A stretch of 50,234 nucleotides of DNA from Coleofasciculus sp. B1-GNL1-01 (GTDB lineage: Bacteria > Cyanobacteriota > Cyanobacteriia > Cyanobacteriales > Coleofasciculaceae): NCBI GenBank assembly GCA_040220235.1, contig JAVJTO010000105.1; one strand, written 5' to 3'. The notes under the pieces were generated by a model, which was not told where the DNA came from, searched no databases, and saw only the letters and a list, made by a program, of their open reading frames with translations. Made by a program: the position numbers and the translations under genes. Positions 38,267 to 49,694 of this stretch are shown piece by piece (within the stretch, counting starts at the first letter, position 1; every line of letters starts with the position of its first letter).

Positions 38267-38812
38267 TTAATCCCCCGCCTCCGGAGAGGGTTGAAGTTTC
38301 AAGGCTTGCTGCAGTTGGGCAAGTTCATCGCGATGGGCGATAACAGTAACTAAGCTTTGCATATCCGTTTGCGGATTTGGCAAAGGTTCAACTTTTAGGA
38401 ACACCTGTTCATCGCGTCCCGCACCTTTCCAGTAAAAAATGCCAGCCACAGGAGCCAGTAAAACTAGCCCCAGGAAAACCTGGGATAGGTTTGGGTACAG
38501 TATGGATAGAACCAATGATAGGCAAAGAATACCACAGGCAGCCAGTGCGGTTAAAAAGATAGCCAGAAACCAACTAGGTCGGACAAAACCCTGAAATGTC
38601 ACTTGACCCGTGGCTGGGTCAACCCCAGCTACCCGGTATGCCCTTTGATCAAAATAGTTCTGCAACCGCTCTAAGAGGGAGGCTTCGGGTTCTTGGGCAA
38701 TGAGTTGAACTTTTTGAGTTCGGTCTTTAACCGAAGCACGGATGAAAAAGAACAAACCTACTGCTAACAACAAAGTCAGCAGGAATGTGGAAGACAGAAT
38801 TGGTGTACTCAC
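38267..38812 (-). CDS. ccb1: Cofactor assembly of complex C subunit B (CCB1-like)
   Basis: STFLLTLLLAVGLFFFIRASVKDR...FQGFVRPS...HRDEL. Confidence 0.82.
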   Translation of the reverse strand: MSTPILSSTFLLTLLLAVGLFFFIRASVKDRTQKVQLIAQEPEASLLERLQNYFDQRAYRVAGVDPATGQVTFQGFVRPSWFLAIFLTALAACGILCLSLVLSILYPNLSQVFLGLVLLAPVAGIFYWKGAGRDEQVFLKVEPLPNPQTDMQSLVTVIAHRDELAQLQQALKLQPSPEAGD

Positions 38813-39055
38813 AGATATTGACCAACAACAGGTATCCTTGGCTTACCACTTTACTGGGGTGAACCGATCATGATTCAACAGTTGAGTCGTAAGAGACTCA
38901 ACAGCTCCCCTGTCGTTGACAATAATAACTCATTTAGCCGAAGAACCCGTACATGACGGCAGAAACTGACCATCAGTTCACCCCACAAACCAGTGTTTGC
39001 ACCGAACTTGAGTTGGATCTGGTTGTTACTGATGGTGTAATTCTGCCGAAATGTG

Positions 39056-39409
39056 CTATATTGCTTGTTTCTCCTGAGTAATATAGCCACGCCAAAACCC
39101 TGCTAGTTCGCGGGCTTTATCCCGCCAATCGCTAGAGATCTGATACATACGACGGGGGCGTCCTCGTCCTTCCACTTTTTTCCAATACCCAGTAATTGCC
39201 CCAGCTTCTTCTAGAAACTTGAGGGCGCTGTAAAGAACTGTATCAGACAGTCGATAGGTTGGGTATTCGTGTTCGAGTTGTTGGATCAAGTGAGTGCCAT
39301 AGGATTCCCCTTCTATGAGGACAGACAACACATAACATACGGCTAATTCCTTGTTGAGATAGTTGGGAGGAGGGTCTTGAAAAAACTGATAGATATCCTC
39401 AAATTTCAT
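39056..39409 (-). CDS. pex: PadR-family regulator, circadian period-extender Pex
   Basis: MKFEDIYQFF..PPP.YL.KELAVCYVL...ESYGT...LSDTVLY...GRGRPRRMY. Start probably 39409 or 39415. Confidence 0.85.
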   Translation of the reverse strand: MKFEDIYQFFQDPPPNYLNKELAVCYVLSVLIEGESYGTHLIQQLEHEYPTYRLSDTVLYSALKFLEEAGAITGYWKKVEGRGRPRRMYQISSDWRDKARELAGFWRGYITQEKQAI

Positions 39410-39900
39410 CTGCATAGTCCGCTGAATATCCCAGTAAGTCAGATTTGCATGGGACAGTTTTCCTAAAACTAACCATGGTTTCAACACCCTGAAAAAATTC
39501 GGTGCAATGTATCGATCAGCAATGAGCAATCTCGGCTTGCTCATTCCTCTGGTACTTTATAACCTCAAAATATTGAGGTCGTCTAATGCACTCGTTAGTT
39601 TGGTTACGGCAGATGCAACAGCACTGAATAATCTCCATCAATTTTAGCTAAGTAATGGAGTAATTTTCCAAAAAAATCGAGGCTTCCAAGTCCAGATCCG
39701 GGGAAAATCGTCCCCTTAGTGTGCAACCTGAGTGCGTGATCGCATTGCTAGTATTAATAATTTCTACTAGCTTATTGAGCAATAGTCCGCAATATTTTGT
39801 TTTCAATTCCTTAACGTTTTCCCTAAGGGGGTTTCAGACCGTCTATTTTTCACGACTTGGAGATGCTACCCTATTTCCGGAGGGGTCTGGAAAACGTTAG

Positions 39901-40362
39901 TTAAACACCCAGTTCTGGATTCGTCTGCCAAACTTCTTTAATAATCTTACCCGTTTGATCGAAGTCAGCCTGGTAAGACATTGACCAAACCACCATCAGT
40001 CCCTGATCAGATTTGGCGGTGATCTGAATTTGAGCTTTAACCGTGCGATCGCGCCGTTGTTGCTCCAGTACCTGAAAGTCTTTGATATCATACTGGCGGA
40101 AAAAGTCCTGCCAAGCTGAGTAGATGGAGATCCCCTGATAGGTCTCATTCACATCAGGTACATTGTAGGAGCGCTTAAGAACGGCATGATCACTGTAGCC
40201 ATAGATTAACAGATCGGGATTAGCCGTTGCGATCGCCTGCCAGTGTTCTTGAGCTGCAGATAGGGGATTCGTGCTGACCTGATTTTTGTACAACGACAAA
40301 CTCCAGACTAGAGCAATGGCGCAGATGGCGTAGGATAAACGTTGTTTCCAATTCGGTTCCAT
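39901..40362 (-). CDS. Hypothetical exported protein, possibly SnoaL/NTF2-like
   Basis: N-terminal hydrophobic helix, HWQAIA...YSDHAVL...YQG..IY..W..FF, C-terminal KIIKEVW. Confidence 0.6.
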   Translation of the reverse strand: MEPNWKQRLSYAICAIALVWSLSLYKNQVSTNPLSAAQEHWQAIATANPDLLIYGYSDHAVLKRSYNVPDVNETYQGISIYSAWQDFFRQYDIKDFQVLEQQRRDRTVKAQIQITAKSDQGLMVVWSMSYQADFDQTGKIIKEVWQTNPELGV

Positions 40363-40633
40363 ACGCTTCCTCCATGAGCTGACGAGACGATGAGGTTCCC
40401 ACCGTAGGGCTAAAGCTTGGCTTTGGCTTTATACCTGACCTAACAGACGCACAACCCCCATTAAAAGTTCACTGAGGAATAAGCTAAAGATTATGAAAGA
40501 TAAATGATGAATTATGAAAATTTATAATGAGTGCAAAGATTCGTCGGAGTTAGCGTTTCGCTTGCACAAACAACAGTTTTCTAGTTCTCCTGGTTAAATA
40601 TGAAATAGGTGTCACTCACGGATTCGAGTCCCA

Positions 40634-41203
40634 ATGCGAGAATTGCCCGATACGTCCTCACTACCCACCCCCCTACAGCGCATTGCCTTGGTGCTGCGTA
40701 CCTTTGGCAGAATTGCTTTGTGGGTACAATTAATCCTCGGAGTTGTGTCGCTGGGGATCTTGCTCACCGGAATCGTTGGTCGTACCGTTGGACCGACAGA
40801 AGAGAAACAAGGGGTTGGGTTTGGCATATTTTTAGCAATATGTGGGTTAGTCACATTGGGTGTGGGTGTCTACATCGCATGGCGCTATACTCGCATTTCC
40901 CAACAGTTACTCGTTGGCAATACCGAAACACGACCCAGCAAAGCCGATACCCTTAAAACCATTAGACTAGGATTAATCGTCAATATGGCGGGCATGTTAT
41001 TGACGATTTTGGGTGCCCAAGCCATTATCGGCAGCATTGTGATCCGCTCGATTTCCCAACCCTCTGGCTTGACAGTGTATGACGCCAACCGATTCGTGCG
41101 ACCCTTAGACTTATTCTTGGTACAGGCGAATATCAACACCATTACGGCTCATTTTGCGGGTATCGCCATTGCCATTTGGCTGTTCAATCGAATTAATCGG
41201 TGA
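40634..41203 (+). CDS. DUF3611 (Tic21-like) membrane protein
   Basis: G..ALWVQL.LGVVS, LDLFLVQANINTITAHF, four TMs. Confidence 0.8.
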   Translation: MRELPDTSSLPTPLQRIALVLRTFGRIALWVQLILGVVSLGILLTGIVGRTVGPTEEKQGVGFGIFLAICGLVTLGVGVYIAWRYTRISQQLLVGNTETRPSKADTLKTIRLGLIVNMAGMLLTILGAQAIIGSIVIRSISQPSGLTVYDANRFVRPLDLFLVQANINTITAHFAGIAIAIWLFNRINR

Positions 41204-41365
41204 TTTGTCATTTGTCCTTCGTCCTTCGTCCTTGGTCATTTGTTGGCTCCCTCATCTCCCCCATCTCTTTCATCTCCCCCAACTACCCCATCTGATTGGT
41301 ATTCTGGAAAATGGTAATTTCACCCAGATGCCCAAGGCAATTTTGCCCAGTATCCCTAAAAATCT

Positions 41366-42652
41366 GTGCTTGACCTAAAGCAAATCCGAGAAAATCCCCA
41401 AAGCGTTCAAGAACGCCTAGAAAAACGCGGGGCGGGTCAGTATGACCTCCAGCCCATTTTGGACTTGAATCAGCGCCAACGGGAACTAGAGACATCCCGT
41501 AGTCGCCTGCAAGCCCGTAGTAACGAAATTGGTAAACTCATCGGTCAAAAAATTAAAGCCGGGAGTTCCCCTGATGCGCCGGAAATCCGAGAACTGCGAG
41601 AAGAAGGCAATCAGGTTAAAACCCAAATTAGTGAACTAGAACCTCAAGAAAAAGACCTGAAAGCAGAAATTGAGGCGCTATTACTCTCCCTACCCAATCT
41701 ACCTAGTCTTTCAACTCCTATGGGTGAGAGTGAAGCGGACAACGTGGAGGTGCGCCGTTGGGGTGACGAGTATATTCCCCAGAATGACAAGATTTTACCT
41801 CATTGGGAAATTGGCGAAACCCTCGGTATTCTCAATTTTGAGCGGGCGGTGAAAGTAGCACAAAGTCGTTTTGTCAGTCTAATCGGTGTCGGTGCTGCCT
41901 TAGAGCGGGCGTTGATTAGTTTTATGCTAGATCGACAAATTGCCGCAGGCTATGTGGAAGTGATCCCACCGATACTGATTAACAGCCGCTCATTAACGGC
42001 GACGGGTCAACTGCCCAAATTTGCCGAAGAAAGCTTCAAGTGTGATAGCGATGATCTATGGCTTTCGCCCACGGCGGAAGTCCCCTTAACTAATCTTTAC
42101 CGTGACGAAATTCTAGACGCCTCCCAACTCCCTATTTATCACTGCGCCTATACCCCCTGCTTTCGCAGAGAAGCTGGTAGCTACGGACGAGATACTAAAG
42201 GACTGATTCGACTGCACCAGTTTAATAAAGTTGAACTGGTTAAAATTGTTCATCCGAGTACCTCGGAAGCGGAACATGAAAAGCTGGTGGAAGATGCTGC
42301 TGCCATTTTAGAGGCGTTAAAACTCCCTTACCGTGTTATTGAACTCTGTACTGGAGATCTAGGATTCTCTGCCACAAAATGCTATGACTTAGAAGTGTGG
42401 CTTCCTTCTTCGGGAAAATACCGTGAAATTTCGAGTTGTTCCAATTGCGGTGATTTCCAAGCGCGACGCGGTAGTCTACGCTTTAAGGAAACGGGCAAAA
42501 AAGGAACTCAGTTTGTCCATACCTTGAATGGATCTGGATTAGCCATTGGGCGCACCCTGTCGGCAATTTTAGAGAATTATCAGCAACCTAACGGTACAGT
42601 AAAAATACCAGAGGTTCTACACTCCTATATGGGGGGACGCGAGGTGTTATGA
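41366..42652 (+). CDS. serS: Serine--tRNA ligase
   Basis: [44 protein letters not shown] start. Confidence 0.98.
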   Translation: MLDLKQIRENPQSVQERLEKRGAGQYDLQPILDLNQRQRELETSRSRLQARSNEIGKLIGQKIKAGSSPDAPEIRELREEGNQVKTQISELEPQEKDLKAEIEALLLSLPNLPSLSTPMGESEADNVEVRRWGDEYIPQNDKILPHWEIGETLGILNFERAVKVAQSRFVSLIGVGAALERALISFMLDRQIAAGYVEVIPPILINSRSLTATGQLPKFAEESFKCDSDDLWLSPTAEVPLTNLYRDEILDASQLPIYHCAYTPCFRREAGSYGRDTKGLIRLHQFNKVELVKIVHPSTSEAEHEKLVEDAAAILEALKLPYRVIELCTGDLGFSATKCYDLEVWLPSSGKYREISSCSNCGDFQARRGSLRFKETGKKGTQFVHTLNGSGLAIGRTLSAILENYQQPNGTVKIPEVLHSYMGGREVL

Positions 42653-42688
42653 GCCTTAACCCGCCTTGGCTTGAACGCGATGTTTTCT

Positions 42689-42747
42689 GTAGGGGCAGGT
42701 TTGACTTTTATCGTTCCTTGTTCATCCAAAGGCGACTAAACCTGCCC
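42689..42747 (+). repeat. REP-like element GTAGGGGCAGGTTT...AAACCTGCCC
   Basis: Variant of the 17.0 kb and 18.9 kb family with a compensatory base-pair change. Confidence 0.75.
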
Positions 42748-42892
42748 AGCCTAAGTGCAACAATTAACCAGAGAACTCCTTGATCTTCCGGGTTTTGCCT
42801 TGCTTGGCTAACGCTAACGCTAACATCTTCCCAAGTATTGAAAGCGGCAACGTACAATAGAAAGGACGCAAGCAATCGTTACATTACTTCTT

Positions 42893-43993
42893 ATGTCAAT
42901 TTTGGCGGCGATCGCAGTCTTGGCGGTTTTGATTGTGGTGCATGAGCTGGGTCACTTTATGGCAGCTCGTTTGCAGGGCATTTATGCAAATCGCTTTTCC
43001 CTGGGTTTTGGTCCGATTCTGTGGAAATACCAAGGACCTGATACGGAATATGCGATACGCGCTTTCCCCTTGGGCGGATTTGTTGGTTTTCCCGATGATG
43101 ACCCCGATAGCGAGATCCCTCCGGATGACCCAAATTTACTTCGCAATCGACCCGTTTTAGACCGAGCGATTGTAATTAGTGCTGGGGTCATAGCCAACCT
43201 GATCTTTGCTTACTTTTTACTGGTGGTGCAGGTGGGAACAGTAGGAATTACTGATTTCAATTACCAGCCGGGAGTCCAGGTTCCAGAAATTGCCGCAGAA
43301 AGTAGCTTAGTAGCCAAACAAGCCGGGATTAAACCCGGTGATGTTATCTTAGCGGTTGAGGATCAACCCTTGGGAGCCAGTCGGAATGCGATCATTACCC
43401 TGATGACCGAAATTCAAAACTCTCCCAACCAACCCCTAGAACTGTCGATTAAGCGGGGTGAACAAACCTTGTCTTTGGACGTGACGCCAGAAGCCGGAGA
43501 CGATGGCAAAGGTAGAATTGGCGTACAACTGGCACCCAATGGTGAAATAGTCCGCAATTACGCTGATGGACTTGTCGAGATGTTTACGATTGCGGCTGAC
43601 GAATATCAGCGCCTGAGTACTGAAATTGCCAAAGGCTTTGGTCAACTGATTAGCAACTTTAGTGAAACGGCTGAACAAGTATCGGGTCCGGTAGCGATTG
43701 TGGCAATTGGCGCGAATATTGCCCGTTCTGATGCGGGAAATCTGTTTCAGTTTGCGGCGTTGATTAGCATCAATTTGGCGATTATTAATATCTTGCCCTT
43801 ACCCGCATTGGATGGGGGTCAACTGGCATTTTTAGCGATCGAAGGAATTCGCGGTAAACCTATCCCCACAGAAGTTCAGCAAAATATCATGCAAACTGGA
43901 TTGGTTTTGCTTTTAGGGTTAGGTATTTTCTTGATTGTGCGGGATACGGCAAATTTGGTTCCCTCAAGTTGGGTACAAAATTTGTTTCAATGA
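42893..43993 (+). CDS. rseP: RIP metalloprotease RseP
   Basis: HELGH, PDZ domain, NILPLPALDGG. Confidence 0.95.
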   Translation: MSILAAIAVLAVLIVVHELGHFMAARLQGIYANRFSLGFGPILWKYQGPDTEYAIRAFPLGGFVGFPDDDPDSEIPPDDPNLLRNRPVLDRAIVISAGVIANLIFAYFLLVVQVGTVGITDFNYQPGVQVPEIAAESSLVAKQAGIKPGDVILAVEDQPLGASRNAIITLMTEIQNSPNQPLELSIKRGEQTLSLDVTPEAGDDGKGRIGVQLAPNGEIVRNYADGLVEMFTIAADEYQRLSTEIAKGFGQLISNFSETAEQVSGPVAIVAIGANIARSDAGNLFQFAALISINLAIINILPLPALDGGQLAFLAIEGIRGKPIPTEVQQNIMQTGLVLLLGLGIFLIVRDTANLVPSSWVQNLFQ

Positions 43994-43997
43994 GGAT

Positions 43998-44154
43998 TGT
44001 CATTGGTCATTTGTCATTGGTCATTGGTCATTTGTTAGGGAACAGGGAACAGGGAACAGGGAACAGGGAACAGGGTAATGGGCTATAGAAATTTTGTCTC
44101 TCATCTCCCTCATCTCCCCCATCTCCCTCATCTCCCCCAGCTCCCCCAGCTTCC
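43998..44154. repeat. Mixed 7-mer and 9-mer tandem repeats (TTGGTCA, GGGAACA, CATCTCCCC)
   Basis: Similar tracts at about 11940, 22020, 29785, 31558-31690, 38200, 41205, 44855 and 46950. Confidence 0.9.
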
Positions 44155-44198
44155 AGACGTAGCATGCTACGTCTCTACATTGCTTCCCTAAATTCTTC

Positions 44199-44852
44199 AT
44201 GAGCATCACCCGTAAATGGTCAGCCCAACAGCAACGAGCCTTGGAGATTTTGATTCGCCTGAAGCGACTGTATCCAGATGCTCACTGTACGCTCAACTAT
44301 GACACTCCTGTACAGTTACTGGTGGCGACGATTCTCTCAGCCCAATGTACGGATGAACGAGTGAATCAGGTGACACCGGAGTTGTTTCGCCAATTCCCTA
44401 ATGCTAGAGCGATCGCGCAGGCGGATATTGAGGTGCTGGAAGCCTTGGTGCGTCCGACTGGATTCTATCGCAATAAGGCGAAAAATATTCAAGGGGCTTG
44501 TCGGATGATCGTCGCCGAATTTGGCGGTCAGATTCCTAGACGTATCGAACTGCTGATGAAATTACCGGGTGTAGCTCGCAAAACTGCTAATGTTGTGCTA
44601 GCCAATGCCTTTGATATCCACGAAGGAGTGACGGTGGATACTCATGTCAAGCGTTTGACTCAGCGTCTGGGTTTGACGGAACATAGTGACCCAATTCGCA
44701 TCGAACGTGATTTAATGCGACTGTTGCCTGTGGAAGACTGGGAAAACTGGTCAATTCGCTTAATTTATCATGGTCGGGCAATTTGTCAGGCGAAGAAGCC
44801 GAAGTGCAACGCTTGCGTACTGGCTGATTTATGTCCCAGTGCTAGGATTTGA
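44199..44852 (+). CDS. nth: Endonuclease III
   Basis: LSAQCTD, HhH LPGVARKTAN, VDTH, C-X6-C-X2-C-X5-C. Confidence 0.96.
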   Translation: MSITRKWSAQQQRALEILIRLKRLYPDAHCTLNYDTPVQLLVATILSAQCTDERVNQVTPELFRQFPNARAIAQADIEVLEALVRPTGFYRNKAKNIQGACRMIVAEFGGQIPRRIELLMKLPGVARKTANVVLANAFDIHEGVTVDTHVKRLTQRLGLTEHSDPIRIERDLMRLLPVEDWENWSIRLIYHGRAICQAKKPKCNACVLADLCPSARI

Positions 44853-45032
44853 GGGATGATGGGAAGCTGAGGGGGCTGGGGGAGCTGAGGGAGCTGGGGG
44901 AGCTGGGGAAGATGGGAGACAAAATTTCTATAACCCATTACCCTATTGCCTGACCAATGACCAATGACAAAGGACGAATGACAAAGATAAGATAGGAAAC
45001 AGTGTCTTTATTTAGGGAAACGCCAAAGACTC

Positions 45033-45335
45033 ATGGCTAAAAAAGGAATGATTGAGCGCGAGAAAAAGCGCCAGAAGCTGGTTGAGAAGTATGCGGCTAA
45101 GCGAGCAGCACTGAAAGAACAATTTGATAATGCATCCTCTCCGGCTGAAAAACTAGAGATTCACCGGAAGATCCAACAGCTACCCCGCAGTAGTGCGCCG
45201 AATCGGGTACGGAATCGCTGTTGGGTAACTGGGCGTCCCCGAGGCTACTATCGGGATTTTGGTCTATCTCGTCATGTGCTGCGGGAATGGGCGCATAAAG
45301 GATTACTACCAGGAGTAGTCAAGTCGAGTTGGTAG
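45033..45335 (+). CDS. rpsN: 30S ribosomal protein S14
   Basis: [10 protein letters not shown]...[12 protein letters not shown]...LPGVVKSSW. Confidence 0.98.
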   Translation: MAKKGMIEREKKRQKLVEKYAAKRAALKEQFDNASSPAEKLEIHRKIQQLPRSSAPNRVRNRCWVTGRPRGYYRDFGLSRHVLREWAHKGLLPGVVKSSW

Positions 45336-45398
45336 ATTTGGGTCATTGGTCAATCGTTCTTAACGAAAGATAAAGGACAAAAGACCAATGACTGATGA

Positions 45399-45728
45399 CT
45401 AATTCCCACAGCAACGGTCAATACCCAGACTGTCGAGGAGCAAATCGCTAACCGCGTTGGCGATCGCGAATTCACTATAGAAGCTTTCTCGGAAGTCGAA
45501 GGCTTGCATTTCGGTGACAATGGCAATGACTAAAGCGCCGACATCGTTTTCGCCTTCTAAGCGTTGGCGGACAAAGATTTGGGAGGCGCGATCGGCAATG
45601 TCCTGATTGGCTGGTTCTGGTAAAAATTCATGATCCAGCCAGTACACCAAAGCGTCTCGCAACCATTTTCCTTCCTGCTGGGCATTTTCAGCAGGGGGAA
45701 GGGTAACTGGGGGAATGGGTTCAGCCAT
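45399..45728 (-). CDS. Conserved hypothetical protein
   Basis: WLDHEFLPE...RQRLEGE.D...FAIANAV; acidic helical protein. Confidence 0.75.
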   Translation of the reverse strand: MAEPIPPVTLPPAENAQQEGKWLRDALVYWLDHEFLPEPANQDIADRASQIFVRQRLEGENDVGALVIAIVTEMQAFDFRESFYSEFAIANAVSDLLLDSLGIDRCCGN

Positions 45729-46151
45729 AAAATGTCAAAAGTTAACTGTCTACAGTCAAAATGTTTATTGTCGGGATGGGAAAGCTACTATTCTGGGAAC
45801 ATAAGCTGTTCGGCATTGAAACCTTATTGCCAATACTTGCGAAGTCCTTGTAGTGCGTTTAGCGAAGCCATGCCGCAGGCTTTACAACTTTCTCACTACT
45901 GATACTTTCTATCTCCCTTGTCTCCCCTATATGCTACTTATGACCACAACTTGGTATTAACAATGCATACTATTTCAAATTTGTCAACCTCAAAAATTAA
46001 GGTCGTGTGAGCAGCATAATTGAGAAATTAATCTTTGATTTAATCAGGGAGATGTCACTTTTAAGCATAGCGAAATTATGTCTGATCAGGAAAATTTTAA
46101 AATGGTGTTTAGCGATTCGAGAACAGGGACTCTCAACCGAGTTCTAGTGCT

Positions 46152-46739
46152 ATGGAGTTAAATATTCCGACAATAATTCAAGGATATGCTCAAGGCTATT
46201 TTTTGATGGCGGATGAAACCGGATCACTAGGGTGGTACTCTAGTCGCCAGCGAGCAATCATTCCCTTAGACGAACGGTTTCGCTATCCTAAATCTCTACA
46301 ACGGGTTCTCAATCAGAAGCGGTTTAGCACGGCAATTAACCGAGACTTTAAAGGCGTTGTGGCAGGTTGTGCCAATCGGGAAAGCACCTGGATTTCTCCA
46401 GAACTCCAGGAAATTTATTGGTTACTTTATCAGGAAGGTTGGGCGTATAGCTTTGAAACGTGGCAAGGAAATGAACTAGCGGGTGGGATTTTAGGGATTG
46501 TGATTGGCGGCGCGTTTATTGGCGAATCCATGTTTTACCGGATTCCCGAAGGCTCGAAGGTGGCGTTAGTCAAATTAGTCGAGCGGTTGCGATCGCGCGG
46601 CTTTTTGTTGTTTGATGTACAAATGATGAATCCTCACTTGGCTCGCTTTGGCGCTTGTACGATAGAGGAGCAAAAGTATCAGGTGCTACTACGGCAGGCG
46701 TTGCGACGGCGATGTTATTTTGATCGGATTCCGGTATGA
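46152..46739 (+). CDS. aat: Leucyl/phenylalanyl-tRNA--protein transferase
   Basis: [32 protein letters not shown]. Confidence 0.93.
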   Translation: MELNIPTIIQGYAQGYFLMADETGSLGWYSSRQRAIIPLDERFRYPKSLQRVLNQKRFSTAINRDFKGVVAGCANRESTWISPELQEIYWLLYQEGWAYSFETWQGNELAGGILGIVIGGAFIGESMFYRIPEGSKVALVKLVERLRSRGFLLFDVQMMNPHLARFGACTIEEQKYQVLLRQALRRRCYFDRIPV

Positions 46740-46812
46740 ATCAGGAAATTGGGAATTAGAAAAAGGCAACAGCCAGGGATTGAGGGTTTTTACAATTCTT
46801 AACTTCGTTAAC

Positions 46813-47029
46813 TAGGGCTTGCTGCAAAAACCCGAAACCCATATCAAGCAATGCTTTGAGCCATATTGACAGTGGATAAAGTGCAAGGAAATGGGGTAGC
46901 ATCCTTCATAAGTATGGCATCACCTTGCTCAGGGAAAATGTACCCTTGCTCCCCCAGCTCCCCCAGCTCCCCCAGCTTCCCCAGCTTCCCCAGCTCCCCC
47001 TCACCACAACACTTATTCAGCAGCCCCTA
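46813..47029. mobile_element. MITE-like element, TIR TAGGGCTTGCTG...CAGCAGCCCCTA, containing a 9-mer tandem repeat
   Basis: Terminal inverted repeats. The right-end sequence recurs at 27246-27289. Confidence 0.7.
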
Positions 47030-47066
47030 AATCCCCTTAAACCTAGAGTCCCTGGCTGTCGAGGGC

Positions 47067-49694
47067 TTAACCGGATTGCGTGGTTAACAACTCTGCGGGT
47101 AAGCGCTTGAAGGTTAGCCGTTCGTTCTCCACATCCACAAATATGGTATCGCCATCACTAAACTCACCCCGCAGCATGGCTTTAGCCAACTGGGTTTCTA
47201 ATTCTCGCTGAATCGCCCGCTTCAAGGGACGTGCGCCGTACACCGGATCATATCCGACTTCGGCTAAGTAATCGATCGCCTCTTCCGATAACTTCAGTGA
47301 CATTTGCCGTTCGGCTAACCGTGTTTCCAGTAGCTGGGTTTGTAGGGAGACGATATGGCGTAACTGGTGTTTTTGCAGGGCGTGGAAGATAATTACTTCG
47401 TCAATCCGGTTCAAGAACTCTGGACGGAAGCTGGTTCGCATCGCATCCATGACTCGTCCCCGCATTTCGTCATAGTGGGTATCATCGCCAGCTAAGTCGA
47501 GAATGTACTGTGACCCAATATTACTGGTCATGATAATCACGGTATTCTTGAAGTCTACCGTATGCCCTTGAGCATCGGTGACTCGACCATCATCGAGGAT
47601 TTGCAGCATTATATTGAACACATCATTATGTGCCTTCTCGATTTCGTCGAAGAGAATCACCGCATAAGGGCGTCGCCGGATTGATTCAGTTAACTGACCC
47701 CCTTCTTCATAGCCAACATAGCCAGGAGGCGCACCAATGAGGCGAGAGACGGCGTGTTTTTCCATGTATTCCGACATATCAATCCGCACCAAGGCGTCTT
47801 CAGTGTCGAATAGATACGCGGCGAGGGCTTTTGCCAATTCGGTTTTCCCGACACCCGTCGGACCGAGGAAAATGAAGCTAGCGGTGGGACGATTGGGGTC
47901 AGCTAACCCTGCACGCGATCGCTGAATCGCATCGGCGACGGCGGTAACGGCTTCTTCTTGTCCGACGACTCGTTGATGTAGTTCCTCTTCAAGTTGTAGG
48001 AGTTTCTCTTTCTCGGATTCGACCAGCTTGCTGATCGGAATTCCGGTCCACTTGGAGATAATTTCGGCAATATCAGACTCGGTGACTTCTTCCCGCAACA
48101 GGGACTTACCACTGGTTTGGGTTTCGTTTAGCTGTTGTTCAGAAGCTTGTAGGGATTGTTGTAACTGGGGGAGTTTCCCATATTTAAGTTCAGCCGCCCG
48201 ATCCAGCTTGTATTCCCGTTCGGCTTGAGAGATTTCTACGTTCACTCGGTCAATTTCTTCTTTAATCCCTTGAATCCGATCCAGAACGTCTTTTTCGGAT
48301 TGCCATTGGGCGTTTAAGGTGCGTTGGTCTTCTTTGAGGTTTGCTAGTTCTTGTTCCAGACGATCTAAGGGTTCCATGGAGGCTGGATCACTGTCTTTTT
48401 GGAGGGACAGCTTCTCCATTTCCAGTTGTAGGATTTTGCGATCGATTTCGTCGAGTTCTTCCGGTTTGGAGGTAATCTCCATTTTTAGTCGGGCGGCGGA
48501 TTCATCGACTAAATCAATGGCTTTATCCGGGAGGAAGCGATCGCTAATGTACCGGGTGGAGAGGGTGGCGGCGGCGACTAAGGCGCTATCGGAGATTTTA
48601 ACGCCGTGGTGAACTTCGTAGCGTTCTTTTAACCCTCTGAGGATGGAGATGGTATCCACGACACTGGGTTGATCGACGAAGACTTGTTGGAAACGCCGTT
48701 CTAAGGCGGCATCTTTTTCTAAATATTTGCGATACTCATCTAAGGTTGTCGCCCCAATACAGCGCAACTCGCCTCTAGCTAGCATGGGTTTGAGTAAATT
48801 CCCCGCATCCATTGATCCTTGAGTCGCCCCTGCACCGACAACGGTATGGATTTCATCAATGAACATGATGATTTGTCCTTTGGAGTCGGTAACTTCTTTA
48901 AGAACCGCTTTTAATCGTTCTTCAAATTCGCCTCGGAACTTCGCCCCGGCGATTAACGCCCCCATATCCAAGGCGATTAATTTTCGATCTTTGAGGGATT
49001 GGGGAACATCGCCAGCGACAATACGTTGTGCCAATCCTTCGGCGATCGCGGTTTTACCCACTCCGGGTTCCCCAATCAAAACGGGGTTGTTTTTGGTGCG
49101 ACGGGAGAGAATTTGGACAGTGCGGCGAATCTCATCATCTCGCCCAATCACCGGGTCAAGTTTGCCTTCTCTAGCGGCTTCGGTTAAATCCCGTCCATAT
49201 TTCTCTAGGGCTTCGTATTTGCCTTCTGGGTTTTGATCAGTCACAGTTTGGTTCCCCCGAATCTGGGTAATCGTATTTCTCAGTGTTTGTTCGTCTAGTT
49301 TAAATTCCTGAAATAAGCTTTTGCCAAAGCGATCGTCTTTCACATACGCTAACATCAGATGCTCGACGGAGATGTAGTCATCGTTAAATTCTTTCCGGTA
49401 GCCATCCGCCCGATCTAATAAGGTATCCAGGCTACGCCCCATATAAACAGAGGAACTACTCCCAGACACCTTGGGTTGACGCTGGATAAAGGCGTCGGTG
49501 GCTTCCCGGATGCGCTGCACTGGGATTTGGGCTTTATTGAGAATGCTGATTGCCAGCCCTTCTTGATCTAGGAGGGCTTTCATCAAATGTTCGCTTTCAA
49601 TTTGTTGTTGCTGGGCGGCTTTAACCACATCTGGGGTTTGGGCGAGGGCTTCCCAGGCTTTTTCGGTAAATAGATTGGGATTATTGGGTTGCAT
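47067..49694 (-). CDS. clpB: ATP-dependent chaperone ClpB
   Basis: Two AAA+ modules ([16 protein letters not shown]), middle coiled coil, GARPLKR. Confidence 0.97.
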   Translation of the reverse strand: MQPNNPNLFTEKAWEALAQTPDVVKAAQQQQIESEHLMKALLDQEGLAISILNKAQIPVQRIREATDAFIQRQPKVSGSSSSVYMGRSLDTLLDRADGYRKEFNDDYISVEHLMLAYVKDDRFGKSLFQEFKLDEQTLRNTITQIRGNQTVTDQNPEGKYEALEKYGRDLTEAAREGKLDPVIGRDDEIRRTVQILSRRTKNNPVLIGEPGVGKTAIAEGLAQRIVAGDVPQSLKDRKLIALDMGALIAGAKFRGEFEERLKAVLKEVTDSKGQIIMFIDEIHTVVGAGATQGSMDAGNLLKPMLARGELRCIGATTLDEYRKYLEKDAALERRFQQVFVDQPSVVDTISILRGLKERYEVHHGVKISDSALVAAATLSTRYISDRFLPDKAIDLVDESAARLKMEITSKPEELDEIDRKILQLEMEKLSLQKDSDPASMEPLDRLEQELANLKEDQRTLNAQWQSEKDVLDRIQGIKEEIDRVNVEISQAEREYKLDRAAELKYGKLPQLQQSLQASEQQLNETQTSGKSLLREEVTESDIAEIISKWTGIPISKLVESEKEKLLQLEEELHQRVVGQEEAVTAVADAIQRSRAGLADPNRPTASFIFLGPTGVGKTELAKALAAYLFDTEDALVRIDMSEYMEKHAVSRLIGAPPGYVGYEEGGQLTESIRRRPYAVILFDEIEKAHNDVFNIMLQILDDGRVTDAQGHTVDFKNTVIIMTSNIGSQYILDLAGDDTHYDEMRGRVMDAMRTSFRPEFLNRIDEVIIFHALQKHQLRHIVSLQTQLLETRLAERQMSLKLSEEAIDYLAEVGYDPVYGARPLKRAIQRELETQLAKAMLRGEFSDGDTIFVDVENERLTFKRLPAELLTTQSG

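Noticed and set aside
38855..38985. 6S RNA, tRNA or a known riboswitch
   Set aside because: No recognisable consensus for any of these, so it is kept only as an unnamed candidate.
39410..39544. 45-aa N-terminal extension of Pex
   Set aside because: Family similarity begins at MKFEDIY, so the extension is probably an ORF-calling artefact.
47737..49236. Plus-strand ORFs overlapping clpB
   Set aside because: Antisense shadows of a conserved gene.
17565..49694. clpS, aat and clpB as a proteolysis cluster
   Set aside because: clpS is ~28 kb away and aat and clpB are convergent. These are ordinary housekeeping genes.
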